A stretch of DNA of 31,753 nt from a virus (lineage: Duplodnaviria; Caudoviricetes): positions 1 to 31,753 of IMG/VR virus record IMGVR_UViG_3300020463_001633; one strand, 5' to 3'. Both the position numbers and the translations under genes were made by a program. A model generated the notes under the pieces. That model saw nothing but the letters and a program-made list of their open reading frames with translations. It had not been told where the DNA came from and made no database searches. Shown piece after piece: positions 1-8,588 of the stretch; within the stretch, counting starts at the first letter, position 1; the number at the start of each line of letters is the position of its first letter.

Positions 1-321
1 TTCCTTGTGTTCTCTGCTTATTGTTTTGCAAAGTCAAACAAAAAAATGGAACGTTGGTTATACAACCATCCATGGTTTGGTAAGTTTCTTACAAACTGGA
101 CACAGAAGAAAGTGTTTCCACAAAAAGGCAAATACGCAATGGTATTTGTTATGTCCACAACACTGGCATTTACTTGGTACTTCACTGGCAACATGAAGGC
201 CCTATTATGGTCAGGTGTGTTCATGGCACTGGTTGCCATCTGGGCATGGAGATTTCCTAGCACATTGGAAGAACACGCAAGAAGAATCAAAGCAGGCAAG
301 AAAATCGGCTGGTTTAAGTAG
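1..321 (+). CDS. ybaN: YbaN/DUF454 family inner-membrane protein (5' truncated)
   Basis: Frame open from base 1. SAYCFAKS..MERWLYNHPWFGKFL.NW motif followed by hydrophobic helices is typical of DUF454. Confidence 0.8.
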   Translation, partial: FLVFSAYCFAKSNKKMERWLYNHPWFGKFLTNWTQKKVFPQKGKYAMVFVMSTTLAFTWYFTGNMKALLWSGVFMALVAIWAWRFPSTLEEHARRIKAGKKIGWFK

Positions 322-350
322 TTGACTTATTTTGGTATTCATACTATAAT
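322..350 (+). promoter_or_regulatory. sigma70-type promoter, probably leaderless mRNA
   Basis: TTGACT-N17-TATAAT, then ATG at 356 with no SD. Confidence 0.8.
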
Positions 351-355
351 ATGGT

Positions 356-805
356 ATGAGCGAAACAGATAAGCAAAGTATAAGAGCGGACCAGTATGAA
401 GAAACAGTCAAGTATGCTCCTGATTGGCCACCAAAGCCGAAACAGAGTGTAGACCCAAGTGTTCATGCAACATTGGATAGTATTACTGACCATGATCCTA
501 CAAAAGCAGAATACATCACACAGATAAAAGAAGCATTACAAAAAGTACACGATCCAGAGATTTCAATAGACATTTACAATCTAGGTTTGATATATGATGT
601 CAAGGTCACAGAAGATAAAGTGGTTCATGTATTAATGACATTAACTTCTGCATTTTGTCCTGCCGCTGATCAGATCCCCTTAGACATAATTGGGCAGGTA
701 ACAGCCATAGAAGGCATCACAAATTGTCAGGTCAAAATTACTATGCAACCTCAATGGGGTAAAGAAATGATAGAACCTAATATGAGGAGTTTAATGAATC
801 TATGA
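356..805 (+). CDS. sufT: SufT/DUF59 Fe-S cluster assembly protein
   Basis: ALQKVHDPEISIDIYNLGLIYDV and MTLTSAFCPAAD motifs (DPE..TLT..CP). Confidence 0.85.
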   Translation: MSETDKQSIRADQYEETVKYAPDWPPKPKQSVDPSVHATLDSITDHDPTKAEYITQIKEALQKVHDPEISIDIYNLGLIYDVKVTEDKVVHVLMTLTSAFCPAADQIPLDIIGQVTAIEGITNCQVKITMQPQWGKEMIEPNMRSLMNL

Positions 806-1476
806 CGGATAAATTTCAAGTAACACCCTTGTTTGGTATTCCTTTATATCAATCAATGATACAAACTATTGACCAAGACTCTATTGACTTTGTAAAAAAC
901 ACAGAGTACAAAAGATATCCTGCTGACAATGGATATGGTAGTACAAACAAATTTTTATTAGACTCACCCAAATTAAAAAATTTAAAATATTTGATCATGA
1001 CACACGCACAACATTTTATTCATGACGTATTAGATGTCAGCAAAGAAGCAAAATTTGAAATGACTAACAGTTGGAGCAGTAAACACATCAAGGGAGATGA
1101 AAGCGGTCCACACAATCACGCCAACAGTATGCTGAGTGGTATCTTGTATCTGCAAACAGATGACAAGAGTGGAGATGTTTTATTTCACAAAGATAAAAAT
1201 CATTACAATCTTTTCACACCAACTGTGAATGTACCTTTCAACAATAAGAACTACAACTATTTTAATGTAGAAGGCTGGGCAGTGCGTCCACAGAATAATA
1301 TGTTGCTTTTATTTCCTAGCACACTGTGGCATTCTGTATTTCCAAGCGAAAGCGACAATGATAGATACTGTGTTGCATTTAACCTATTTGCTTTTGGTCA
1401 GTTTGGTTATGACAATGTGACCCAGTTAGCAATAGCAAACAAAACAGCCACACTACCACCTAATGCACAAATCTAG
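802..1476 (+). CDS. putative 2OG-Fe(II) oxygenase (TIGR02466-like)
   Basis: HNH.NS.LSGILYL, LLLFPSTLWHSV and R.CVAFN jelly-roll motifs. Confidence 0.8.
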   Translation: MTDKFQVTPLFGIPLYQSMIQTIDQDSIDFVKNTEYKRYPADNGYGSTNKFLLDSPKLKNLKYLIMTHAQHFIHDVLDVSKEAKFEMTNSWSSKHIKGDESGPHNHANSMLSGILYLQTDDKSGDVLFHKDKNHYNLFTPTVNVPFNNKNYNYFNVEGWAVRPQNNMLLLFPSTLWHSVFPSESDNDRYCVAFNLFAFGQFGYDNVTQLAIANKTATLPPNAQI

Positions 1477-1492
1477 CATAAATATTAATGTT

Positions 1493-1741
1493 ATGCACCA
1501 ACCATTCGATGATGACTTTCCAATGGAGGAGATTAACCTTGTGGACCTCTACAAGGAAGAAGTTGACTTTCTTAAAAAACAAAACGAACATCTAGAAAAA
1601 TCTAAAGAACCCAATGACCAAAGACAACGATGGAAGAATGACATCTGCATAGAATATTTCCAAAACAGAATCAATCAAGAACTTACCCATATTGAACAAA
1701 TTAAACAGCAGATTATAAATCAAAACAAAACAATTCATTAA
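1493..1741 (+). CDS. hypothetical coiled-coil protein
   Basis: ORF. Start moved to ATG 1493, downstream of TAAATA at 1479-1484. Confidence 0.55.
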   Translation: MHQPFDDDFPMEEINLVDLYKEEVDFLKKQNEHLEKSKEPNDQRQRWKNDICIEYFQNRINQELTHIEQIKQQIINQNKTIH

Positions 1742-1940
1742 TATGAAAGTTATAGAAATCTTATTGGATAAATAACTTTATATGAAAACATCAACTTACA
1801 ACGTATTAACAATTAGAAGCCATGCGTGGTTGATGTACCTACCTCAATACATTCTGGGTTGTGTTTATCACAAACCTGGTATGTTGTCACATCAGTAATA
1901 ATAGTACTGAACATACACACAAAAGGATTTAAGTACTATT

Positions 1941-2144
1941 ATGAAATGGTTAATGATTATCACAGTCTGTATCGGGTTCGATTGTAGCAACCTCACTGGT
2001 TGGTTCGACACCGAAGAACAATGCCAAGCAGAAAGTCACAAGGCAAAGGAATGGTTCATGACCAACTATCCTGACAGTCACGGTGAAGTTTACTGTGTAG
2101 AGGCAGACCCTAATGCTGTACTTCAGAAGGGAGAACCAGTTTAA
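1941..2144 (+). CDS. small Cys-containing hypothetical protein
   Basis: Hydrophobic N-terminus and 4 Cys. Pattern resembles 21377..21583. Confidence 0.6.
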   Translation: MKWLMIITVCIGFDCSNLTGWFDTEEQCQAESHKAKEWFMTNYPDSHGEVYCVEADPNAVLQKGEPV

Positions 2145-2156
2145 TTAAATACTAAT

Positions 2157-2582
2157 ATGAAAACCTTAATTGCTTTTTTATTGTTATGGATTGGCGCAGA
2201 GACTGATTACAATGTTAAGGTGCCTTACCCTACTATTGTTCAAATGACACAAATAGAAATGAACACCATATTCTATGGTGAAGGCAAAACAGGCAGTGGC
2301 AAATTACACGCATTTTACGACCCAAGAAACGACACCATCTACCTGAATGAAAACTTCGATATACATAATGCATTTGACAAAGGTGTTCTATTACACGAAC
2401 TTCTTCACTATGTGCAAGACATGAATGAAGTTGTTGGCACAAGATTTGAATGTTGGCGAGCAACTGAATTAGAAGTTTATGACTTACAAGCAAAATATCT
2501 TTTAGAAGTACACGGAGTTGTATTTGAATATGATGAATTGTTTGTGAGGATGTCAGCAGTCTGTAACCCAAATATGTATTAA
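2157..2582 (+). CDS. secreted HEXXH zinc-metallopeptidase-like protein
   Basis: Signal-like N-terminus, AFYD...IYL, LLHELLHYVQ and a downstream E. Confidence 0.6.
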   Translation: MKTLIAFLLLWIGAETDYNVKVPYPTIVQMTQIEMNTIFYGEGKTGSGKLHAFYDPRNDTIYLNENFDIHNAFDKGVLLHELLHYVQDMNEVVGTRFECWRATELEVYDLQAKYLLEVHGVVFEYDELFVRMSAVCNPNMY

Positions 2583-2622
2583 ACACTCCATTTGACGGCA
2601 AACCCATCATCAAAATAGCATA

Positions 2623-2651
2623 TTGACATTCGATTTGGTAGATGTTATGCT
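2623..2651 (+). promoter_or_regulatory. sigma70-type promoter
   Basis: TTGACA-N17-TATGCT in an intergenic region. Confidence 0.6.
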
Positions 2652-2720
2652 TATTGAATCAATGAAATCCTACTTTATAATTCATCTGCTTACGGTAAAT
2701 ACACAAAATAGGGTTAAAAT

Positions 2721-2984
2721 ATGAAAAAACGCACAAGAAGTATCTTAGACGAGTTGAGAAATATAGGACGTGTACAAGACACGGAGGCCTTTATTGAGAC
2801 GACTGGCAGTAATATAATTGAAAGTGCTGTGAATATCATGCAAACAATCAAGGAAAAATATCCACCTGAACAAGCACAGGAACTTGAAAGACGTTTTATT
2901 AACTCTATTAAAAATGGTGATCCAAAGAAATTCAGAGTTGGCATCAAGAAAATTATCGAAGGAAAGCAAGATGATACTGAATGA
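2721..2984 (+). CDS. hypothetical phage protein
   Basis: ORF after TAAATA (2696), overlapping the start of the next gene. Confidence 0.7.
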   Translation: MKKRTRSILDELRNIGRVQDTEAFIETTGSNIIESAVNIMQTIKEKYPPEQAQELERRFINSIKNGDPKKFRVGIKKIIEGKQDDTE

Positions 2985-3717
2985 AGGTGGTAATGTATTC
3001 AAAGATCCTAATGGTCAAATAGCAACTACTCGAATCAACAAAGCAGACGTGGCTCCCACACTAGACTGGTTGGAAAAAGTAACTGGTTTAGAACTTAAAT
3101 CAAACACTCTAGGCACAACAGGACTTGCACCAACATCAGGCGATATAGATGTTGCAGTTGATCAAGCAAAATTAAGTAAAGATCAATTGGTAGATGTGTT
3201 AAACCGTTGGGCAATCCAGAACAAGCAAGATCCTAAACAATGGATAAAGAAAAGCGGAGTCAGTGTACATTTTAAAACTCCTATCAGAGGCAGTGCAAAG
3301 AATGGATATGTGCAGACTGATTTAATGTTCGGTGATCCTGATTGGATGAAATGGAGTCTACGTGGTGGCGAAGTAGGCAGTGAATATAAAGGATCAGACA
3401 GACACGTGATGATCGCCAGCATAGCAAAACCGCAAGGTTATAAATGGAGTCACAAAGCAGGACTTTTAAATAGAGAAACAAATGAACCTGTCACAAAAGA
3501 TCCAAACAAGATAGCAGAATTAATTCTAGGCAAAGGCGCAACAGCAAACGATATGAACAGTGTGGAAACAATACACGCAAAAATAAAAGCAAGATCTGAT
3601 TACGATCAGTTGGTTGCTGACGTAAAAGATTCATTTGCCAAGATAGGAAAGTCATTGCCTGAGAGTGCTGGACCTATTAAATGGTTTAGAAATTTATTAA
3701 ACAAGATTAGAATATGA
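2971..3717 (+). CDS. Pol-beta-superfamily nucleotidyltransferase-like protein
   Basis: Start MILNEGG after an AAGGA SD. LGTTG..SGDIDV (hG[ST]..DxD) with a third Asp in VQTDLMF. Confidence 0.7.
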   Translation: MILNEGGNVFKDPNGQIATTRINKADVAPTLDWLEKVTGLELKSNTLGTTGLAPTSGDIDVAVDQAKLSKDQLVDVLNRWAIQNKQDPKQWIKKSGVSVHFKTPIRGSAKNGYVQTDLMFGDPDWMKWSLRGGEVGSEYKGSDRHVMIASIAKPQGYKWSHKAGLLNRETNEPVTKDPNKIAELILGKGATANDMNSVETIHAKIKARSDYDQLVADVKDSFAKIGKSLPESAGPIKWFRNLLNKIRI

Positions 3718-4856
3718 GACTTGTAGAATTTAAAGACATAGACAACAAAAGACTGAGCCTAATTGAATCTGCTAGAATACAACACGCAGAAGATTTAATA
3801 TTTTGGGAAGGCTCTAATGGTGCATCAAGAGCCATTCAACAACTTCAAGCATTAACAGGTACATCCAAAGCATTAACAATCAAATGGGATGGCTCACCTG
3901 CTGTTGTGTTTGGAAGAAATCCGAATGGAGAATTTATTTTTACAGACAAGTCTGGTTTTGTTGCAAAAGGTTACGATGGCAGAGCCACAAACGCAGATGA
4001 CCTTGAAGGTGCAATTATGCAAAGAGCAAAAGGCGATAAAACTAAAATGAAAGGCTATAAACAATATGCTTCAAATATGAAAAGTATATTTGCATTAATG
4101 CAGAATGCTGTATCTGAAACCTTTCAAGGATATCTTGTTGGAGATATGTTATTTTTTGACACACCTAAAAAGTCTGGCAATGCTTATGTGTTTAAACCTA
4201 ATGTGGTTGAATACAAAGTGGATGCCAACTCAGCACTTGGACAAAGAATAGGGCAGAGCAAAGTAGGTGTAGTGGTACACAATCTTATGAGCGAAAAAGG
4301 TAGAACAATGCCAGTAAAGAAATTAGATATGATACAGGGTGCAGAAGTTTTAGCAATACCACCTACAACAGTGAATAAGAAAGAACCAATACAGAGTAAA
4401 GGTGTAGATCAACTTAAAGGATTATTAAGAGACAGTGGCAAGGCTATAGATAAAATTTTAGATAAAAATACATTGGCACAAATGAAGTTGGTAGACTTAC
4501 CAAATATTTTATACACTTACACAAACAGCAAAGTTGATGGTGGCATGAAGACCTTAGGCAAAGACTTTATACAATGGTTACAGTCTAGCACAGTCAGTCA
4601 GCCTAAAAAAGTAAAGATAACTGAATATGTAAAGCAAAACCTAAATGGATTTGCAAGCCTATGGATGCTGGTAGGTGGTATCATGCAAGTCAAAGACAGT
4701 ATTATTCAGCAATTAGATACATCACAAGGTGATGTTCAAGCAACTGTGAATGGTAAACCTGGTGGTGAAGGATATGTGTTGAACACTGCACAGGGCAATA
4801 TAAAATTGGTCAAACGTTCTGGATTCACTAGAGCCAATAGAGCGATAAATAGATAA
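3714..4856 (+). CDS. ATP-dependent RNA-ligase-like covalent nucleotidyltransferase (DUF6267-like)
   Basis: Motif I TIKWDGS, motif III LVGDMLF, motif IV GEGYVL, motif V IKLVKR. Confidence 0.65.
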   Translation: MRLVEFKDIDNKRLSLIESARIQHAEDLIFWEGSNGASRAIQQLQALTGTSKALTIKWDGSPAVVFGRNPNGEFIFTDKSGFVAKGYDGRATNADDLEGAIMQRAKGDKTKMKGYKQYASNMKSIFALMQNAVSETFQGYLVGDMLFFDTPKKSGNAYVFKPNVVEYKVDANSALGQRIGQSKVGVVVHNLMSEKGRTMPVKKLDMIQGAEVLAIPPTTVNKKEPIQSKGVDQLKGLLRDSGKAIDKILDKNTLAQMKLVDLPNILYTYTNSKVDGGMKTLGKDFIQWLQSSTVSQPKKVKITEYVKQNLNGFASLWMLVGGIMQVKDSIIQQLDTSQGDVQATVNGKPGGEGYVLNTAQGNIKLVKRSGFTRANRAINR

Positions 4857-4866
4857 GGAGAACAAA

Positions 4867-5247
4867 ATGAAAGCAACAGAATTTACAATCAAAAAAGAGT
4901 TTACTGATCCAGCAGATGATCCAAATTCAGGTTTCGACAAAGAATTCAAACAGGATTCAATTTTTAACCAATTAGGTAAAATATTGGACAGTCAAGGTAA
5001 CCCTAGACCATTAGACACAGTGGTTACAGATGATGGCAAGAAGCACAAGGTTAACTTCCGTCAAGCATCAACACTTAGACGTTTATTGACTGCTCCTAGA
5101 GTAAAACCTGATGTAAAAGCAAAATTCACTAAAGACCTGCAAACTAGTGAAGTATTAGAGAAATTTTTACAATCAAATGATATGGTAGAGTTATTTGTAT
5201 CAATGTATGATATTGAACAAACTGCTCCATCAAACTATGGTGATTAA
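4867..5247 (+). CDS. hypothetical, probable internal virion protein
   Basis: AAGGAG SD, TAAATA upstream, MKATEF N-terminus. Confidence 0.7.
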   Translation: MKATEFTIKKEFTDPADDPNSGFDKEFKQDSIFNQLGKILDSQGNPRPLDTVVTDDGKKHKVNFRQASTLRRLLTAPRVKPDVKAKFTKDLQTSEVLEKFLQSNDMVELFVSMYDIEQTAPSNYGD

Positions 5248-5252
5248 TATCC

Positions 5253-6119
5253 ATGGAGTTCATCACAGACATCTATGAAGCGAGAATGACTCGTAATGCT
5301 GAGGATCAAAAGATTCTCACGTACACAGATTGTTGTGAAAGAACCTACCTAACACTTTTAGTTTTATTACTTCTTAATCAATATCCCACATACAGACAAT
5401 ACGCATCAAAGTATTCTAGAGACACTAAAAGAACAAACTACAATAACTTTAGAATGCACAGCACAGATCTCCATAATTTTGTTTATTTTGTACAGGGTGA
5501 TGACTCAGCAATGGACAAACTTAAAGATCCAAAAGGTGCTAAAATTTTAAGAAAGAGAACATCATTTCCGTCAATGGGATTCAATAGATACCTATTGGAA
5601 TTGCAAAGTGGTTTAGTAACTGGAACCACACAATCAACATTTCTAACAATCGAAAGCGGATTAAGAATCAACAACACAGATTATAAGACTGTGCGTAGAA
5701 ACTTATTCAACTATGACAGTCTGTCTATAAGAGACAAGAAAACAACTGTGACTAGATTGCTTCATGCATCAAGAGCCAAATTAAGAAATTCAGATATCAT
5801 AGAATATTTAGAAAAACTTTCAGCAGATAGAAGACTAGAAACTGGTGCTGTGAAAGACGCAGAACCTAAAATTAGTATGCCTGATATCAGCACTTCAGGT
5901 GGTGATCTTGCACTATACAGATACCTAGTAGGTGGCAAGAATCTAATGGCTGTGAAACGTTTTATAGACTCAGCACTATCAGGAAAATCCATTCCTTCAT
6001 CTATTGTTCAAGCATATCTCCCAGCAATACAATTGATAGATGATATTGTAAAAGCAGGGCCGGCGGCTATCAGTGTGTTAAAAGCATTGCAGACAAGAGC
6101 AAAACGCACTAGAAAATAA
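5253..6119 (+). CDS. hypothetical, probable virion protein
   Basis: 288-aa ORF in the late block. No motif recognised. Confidence 0.7.
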   Translation: MEFITDIYEARMTRNAEDQKILTYTDCCERTYLTLLVLLLLNQYPTYRQYASKYSRDTKRTNYNNFRMHSTDLHNFVYFVQGDDSAMDKLKDPKGAKILRKRTSFPSMGFNRYLLELQSGLVTGTTQSTFLTIESGLRINNTDYKTVRRNLFNYDSLSIRDKKTTVTRLLHASRAKLRNSDIIEYLEKLSADRRLETGAVKDAEPKISMPDISTSGGDLALYRYLVGGKNLMAVKRFIDSALSGKSIPSSIVQAYLPAIQLIDDIVKAGPAAISVLKALQTRAKRTRK

Positions 6120-6147
6120 CTACATACACATATTTTGGTAGTGATCC

Positions 6148-6210
6148 TATAAATATCATTAAGTGTCTCTGGAGAGGAGACGCCATTAACGAGAAAATAG
6201 GAGAAAACAA
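6148..6210 (+). promoter_or_regulatory. late promoter TATAAATA + GGAG-loop leader hairpin + SD (cassette 1)
   Basis: TATAAATA; stem GTGTCTCT/GGAGACGC with loop GGAGA; then CATTAACGAGAAAATAGGAGA. Confidence 0.7.
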
Positions 6211-6606
6211 ATGGCTAGTTTAACAAGAGTTAATCCTACTAAAGCAAACACAACTGATCACCTTTCAGGTAAGACGATCACGGCTGTTACTGTTGACTTT
6301 GCAGTTAACGGAACAAACTTTTCATCTACTGAAATGGGAGCAGAAGGTGCCGTTCAGAAGGCTATCAGAACGTTGACACAAATCGCAACACCTATCATAA
6401 TGACTAAATTAAGAAGTGATGGTGCTAACGATGGTCAAGTATTTGATATGATCTTCGAAGGTACATTCGGAACTGATACGTACGATGGTTCAAACAGTGA
6501 AGCATTCCACACGTTCTTACAATCGGAGTTAAGACTTTTAACTTCAGTTGGTGCAGGTCCAGTGAACTTGAACGCGGCGACAGTAGTAGCACACACAGAC
6601 TTCTAA
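6211..6606 (+). CDS. small Ala/Gly/Thr-rich putative structural protein, paralog 1
   Basis: Strong SD, own promoter and terminator. Similar to 7279..7674 (MASLTRVNP/MATLTKTHP, GK.IT/VT.V.VD, F/LEG). Confidence 0.75.
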   Translation: MASLTRVNPTKANTTDHLSGKTITAVTVDFAVNGTNFSSTEMGAEGAVQKAIRTLTQIATPIIMTKLRSDGANDGQVFDMIFEGTFGTDTYDGSNSEAFHTFLQSELRLLTSVGAGPVNLNAATVVAHTDF

Positions 6607-6632
6607 TAGAAGTTAATACAAAAAATACGCAG

Positions 6633-6660
6633 AAGGGCGGCTTAATGTCGCCCTTTTGTT
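6633..6660 (+). terminator. intrinsic terminator
   Basis: AAGGGCGGC-TTAAT-GTCGCCCTT followed by a T-rich tail. Confidence 0.8.
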
Positions 6661-6690
6661 GTTTTAGCACTATCTTTTACCAAAAATTAA

Positions 6691-6754
6691 TAAATACTAG
6701 CAACATACACTTCGGAGCGAAGTGTGTCATTTAAGAGAAAACAGGAGAAAAAAA
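6691..6754 (+). promoter_or_regulatory. late promoter + GGAG-loop leader hairpin + SD (cassette 2)
   Basis: TAAATA; ATACACTTC-GGAGC-GAAGTGTGT; then CATTTAAGAGAAAACAGGAGA. Confidence 0.75.
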
Positions 6755-7099
6755 ATGGCAAGTATATCAGGAAGTAATGACATCAATAACGCAAGTGGAT
6801 ACGAAGTTCTATCTAAAAACATAGACTTTTACTCATTCACTGGTTACACAGGTGTTCACACAAACCCAAGCAACGCAGATTCAGTGTTCCACAAGTTGGT
6901 ACAAGCGATTGCATCTGAGGCAAACATCGTAGTAATGGGTACACCATTAGCAAACGACCTAGTAGTAGGTTTAGAAGGTGGTTATGCAGGTGCAGGTTCA
7001 ACTGGCGCGGCGGCTCAATTAGAAGCAGTGGCTGATGCGGCAACAGGAATCAATGGTTCAGTTGCGGCAGTGTCAATTCAAGGCGACACTTGGGCGTAA
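6755..7099 (+). CDS. small Ala/Gly-rich putative structural protein, paralog 2
   Basis: True start is ATG 6755 after AGGAG (MASISGS...). Ends in TAATAA. Confidence 0.75.
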   Translation: MASISGSNDINNASGYEVLSKNIDFYSFTGYTGVHTNPSNADSVFHKLVQAIASEANIVVMGTPLANDLVVGLEGGYAGAGSTGAAAQLEAVADAATGINGSVAAVSIQGDTWA

Positions 7100-7110
7100 T
7101 AAGGTAAGTT

Positions 7111-7136
7111 AGATAAGACTTCTTATCCTATTAACA
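7111..7136 (+). repeat. 26-nt 3'UTR direct repeat, copy 1 (hairpin)
   Basis: AGATAAGACTTCTTATCCTATTAACA, identical at 7684-7709. Confidence 0.9.
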
Positions 7137-7147
7137 AAAAATACATT

Positions 7148-7180
7148 AAAGGGTGTGCAGGCAACTGTACACCCTTTTTT
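7148..7180 (+). terminator. intrinsic terminator
   Basis: AAAGGGTGTGCAG-GCAA-CTGTACACCC-TTTTTT. Confidence 0.9.
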
Positions 7181-7214
7181 ATTAACTTACAATACAATTA
7201 TTATACAAATATAC

Positions 7215-7278
7215 TAAATATTAGCAACATACACGTCGGAGCGACGTGTGTCATTGACGAGAAAAAAGGAGACGAAAA
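7215..7278 (+). promoter_or_regulatory. late promoter + GGAG-loop leader hairpin + SD (cassette 3)
   Basis: TAAATA; ATACACGTC-GGAGC-GACGTGTGT; then CATTGACGAGAAAAAAGGAGA. Confidence 0.75.
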
Positions 7279-7674
7279 ATGGCAACATTAACAAAAACAC
7301 ATCCAGCAGTAGCGGGTTTAATCGGTGAGATGAGATTCATCGGTAAATCAGTAACTATGATTTCTGTTGACTGGGACGTTGACGCAGATGCATCAGCACA
7401 GGCAATGGAAGCAGTTTTAAACTCAATCCAAGCAAGAGGTCACAACATCTTGGCGGCAGGTGCAGTTTATGACACTGGTACAAAACAAGACTACCTATTA
7501 GAAGGTGCAGTAGACGAAGGTACATCAGCATACACTTCAGCAGACGGTACAGTAACTGGTACTTTTGAAGCGGCTATGGTTGAAGATATCATCAACTTAG
7601 GTACAGTTGACGGTATTGACTTTACGTCAGGAACAGTTGCAGTAACACAAAAAGCAACATTCAAATACGCATAA
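7279..7674 (+). CDS. small acidic putative structural protein, paralog 3
   Basis: Strong SD, ends in TAATAG, similar to 6211..6606. Confidence 0.75.
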   Translation: MATLTKTHPAVAGLIGEMRFIGKSVTMISVDWDVDADASAQAMEAVLNSIQARGHNILAAGAVYDTGTKQDYLLEGAVDEGTSAYTSADGTVTGTFEAAMVEDIINLGTVDGIDFTSGTVAVTQKATFKYA

Positions 7675-7683
7675 TAGATAAGC

Positions 7684-7709
7684 AGATAAGACTTCTTATC
7701 CTATTAACA
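7684..7709 (+). repeat. 26-nt 3'UTR direct repeat, copy 2
   Basis: Identical to 7111-7136. Confidence 0.9.
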
Positions 7710-7716
7710 GAATACA

Positions 7717-7750
7717 AAAGAGCGTTCAGGAAACTGGACGCTCTTTTTTT
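7717..7750 (+). terminator. intrinsic terminator
   Basis: AAAGAGCGTTCAG-GAAA-CTGGACGCTC-TTTTTTT. Confidence 0.9.
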
Positions 7751-7792
7751 GTGACGTATAAGTAATTGTGCTAGGAACAAAGGCGAACAGAG

Positions 7793-8203
7793 ATGAGATT
7801 TAAAGTATTATCATTATTAGACATTACCAAAACTGGAGCACACAAAAACAAGGTGCAAGACAACGACAAGTCTGTGGCTCAATTTGCCAACTACATGACT
7901 TTTGAAAATTGTCTTCAGTTGCGTACCAACATCAATATTGTTACTCCTCCAAAATTAGAAAAAATGGATATCAGTAATCTACTGTTTGGTGACAATTACA
8001 GAGGCGAGCAAAATGTTTGGACAGCAGTATTTGAACCTGAATTTCCTGATGCTGTGAACATAGAAACTTTAAAGGAAGACTTTGATTTGATTCCTATGTT
8101 GACAGGATTGGACGAAACAATCAAAATAAATACTGGTGTATTAAGAACAAATGATGAAGATTACACCAATATGTTGTTCATTAAACAATTAGATAATGAA
8201 TAA
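7793..8203 (+). CDS. hypothetical phage protein
   Basis: 136-aa ORF in the late block. Confidence 0.7.
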   Translation: MRFKVLSLLDITKTGAHKNKVQDNDKSVAQFANYMTFENCLQLRTNINIVTPPKLEKMDISNLLFGDNYRGEQNVWTAVFEPEFPDAVNIETLKEDFDLIPMLTGLDETIKINTGVLRTNDEDYTNMLFIKQLDNE

Positions 8204-8302
8204 ACAAGGTGATAATAAATACATTTACACAGGCTCATTTAGGCAAATACAATCAAGGCCCTTCCACAGAGAAAAATAATTTAAGATACGGAAGAGAGAA
8301 AA

Positions 8303-8539
8303 ATGGGAACAACAGATTTAGAAAAACAAAATTTAGAAGCACACGTAGATTTGTGCGAACAGAGATATAAAAACTTAGAAACTCGTCTTTCAAAGATTGA
8401 GGAGAAAGTTGAGTCTATCCACGAAGATATACATTCTGGTAATAAATCCATGGTAAAAGTTATAATAGGTGCAACAGGAACTATTGTTGCAGGTCTTTTA
8501 TCCACAATAGTTGTTCTTTTATTAAAGTTTCCAGGTTAG
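8303..8539 (+). CDS. small coiled-coil protein with C-terminal TM helix (XhlA/holin-like architecture)
   Basis: Heptad region followed by VIIGATGTIVAGLLSTIVVLLL. Confidence 0.6.
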   Translation: MGTTDLEKQNLEAHVDLCEQRYKNLETRLSKIEEKVESIHEDIHSGNKSMVKVIIGATGTIVAGLLSTIVVLLLKFPG

Positions 8540-8588
8540 TCATAATCCACCCATTCACCGCTAAATAACACTGTAGAGCAGGTTAACC

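Noticed and set aside
1782-1898. 38-aa ORF in the 1742-1940 gap
   Set aside because: Short, with no SD or recognisable motif. It cannot be supported, although a TAAATA precedes it.
2884-2970. Longer starts given by the ORF track (2884, 6722, 18110, 21621, 29898)
   Set aside because: They overlap upstream genes, promoters or leader hairpins. Downstream ATGs have better SD, promoter or coupling context.
7111-7709. CRISPR array or integron attC sites
   Set aside because: Only two repeat copies, separated by a whole gene. No spacer periodicity, cas genes, integrase or attC core pattern.
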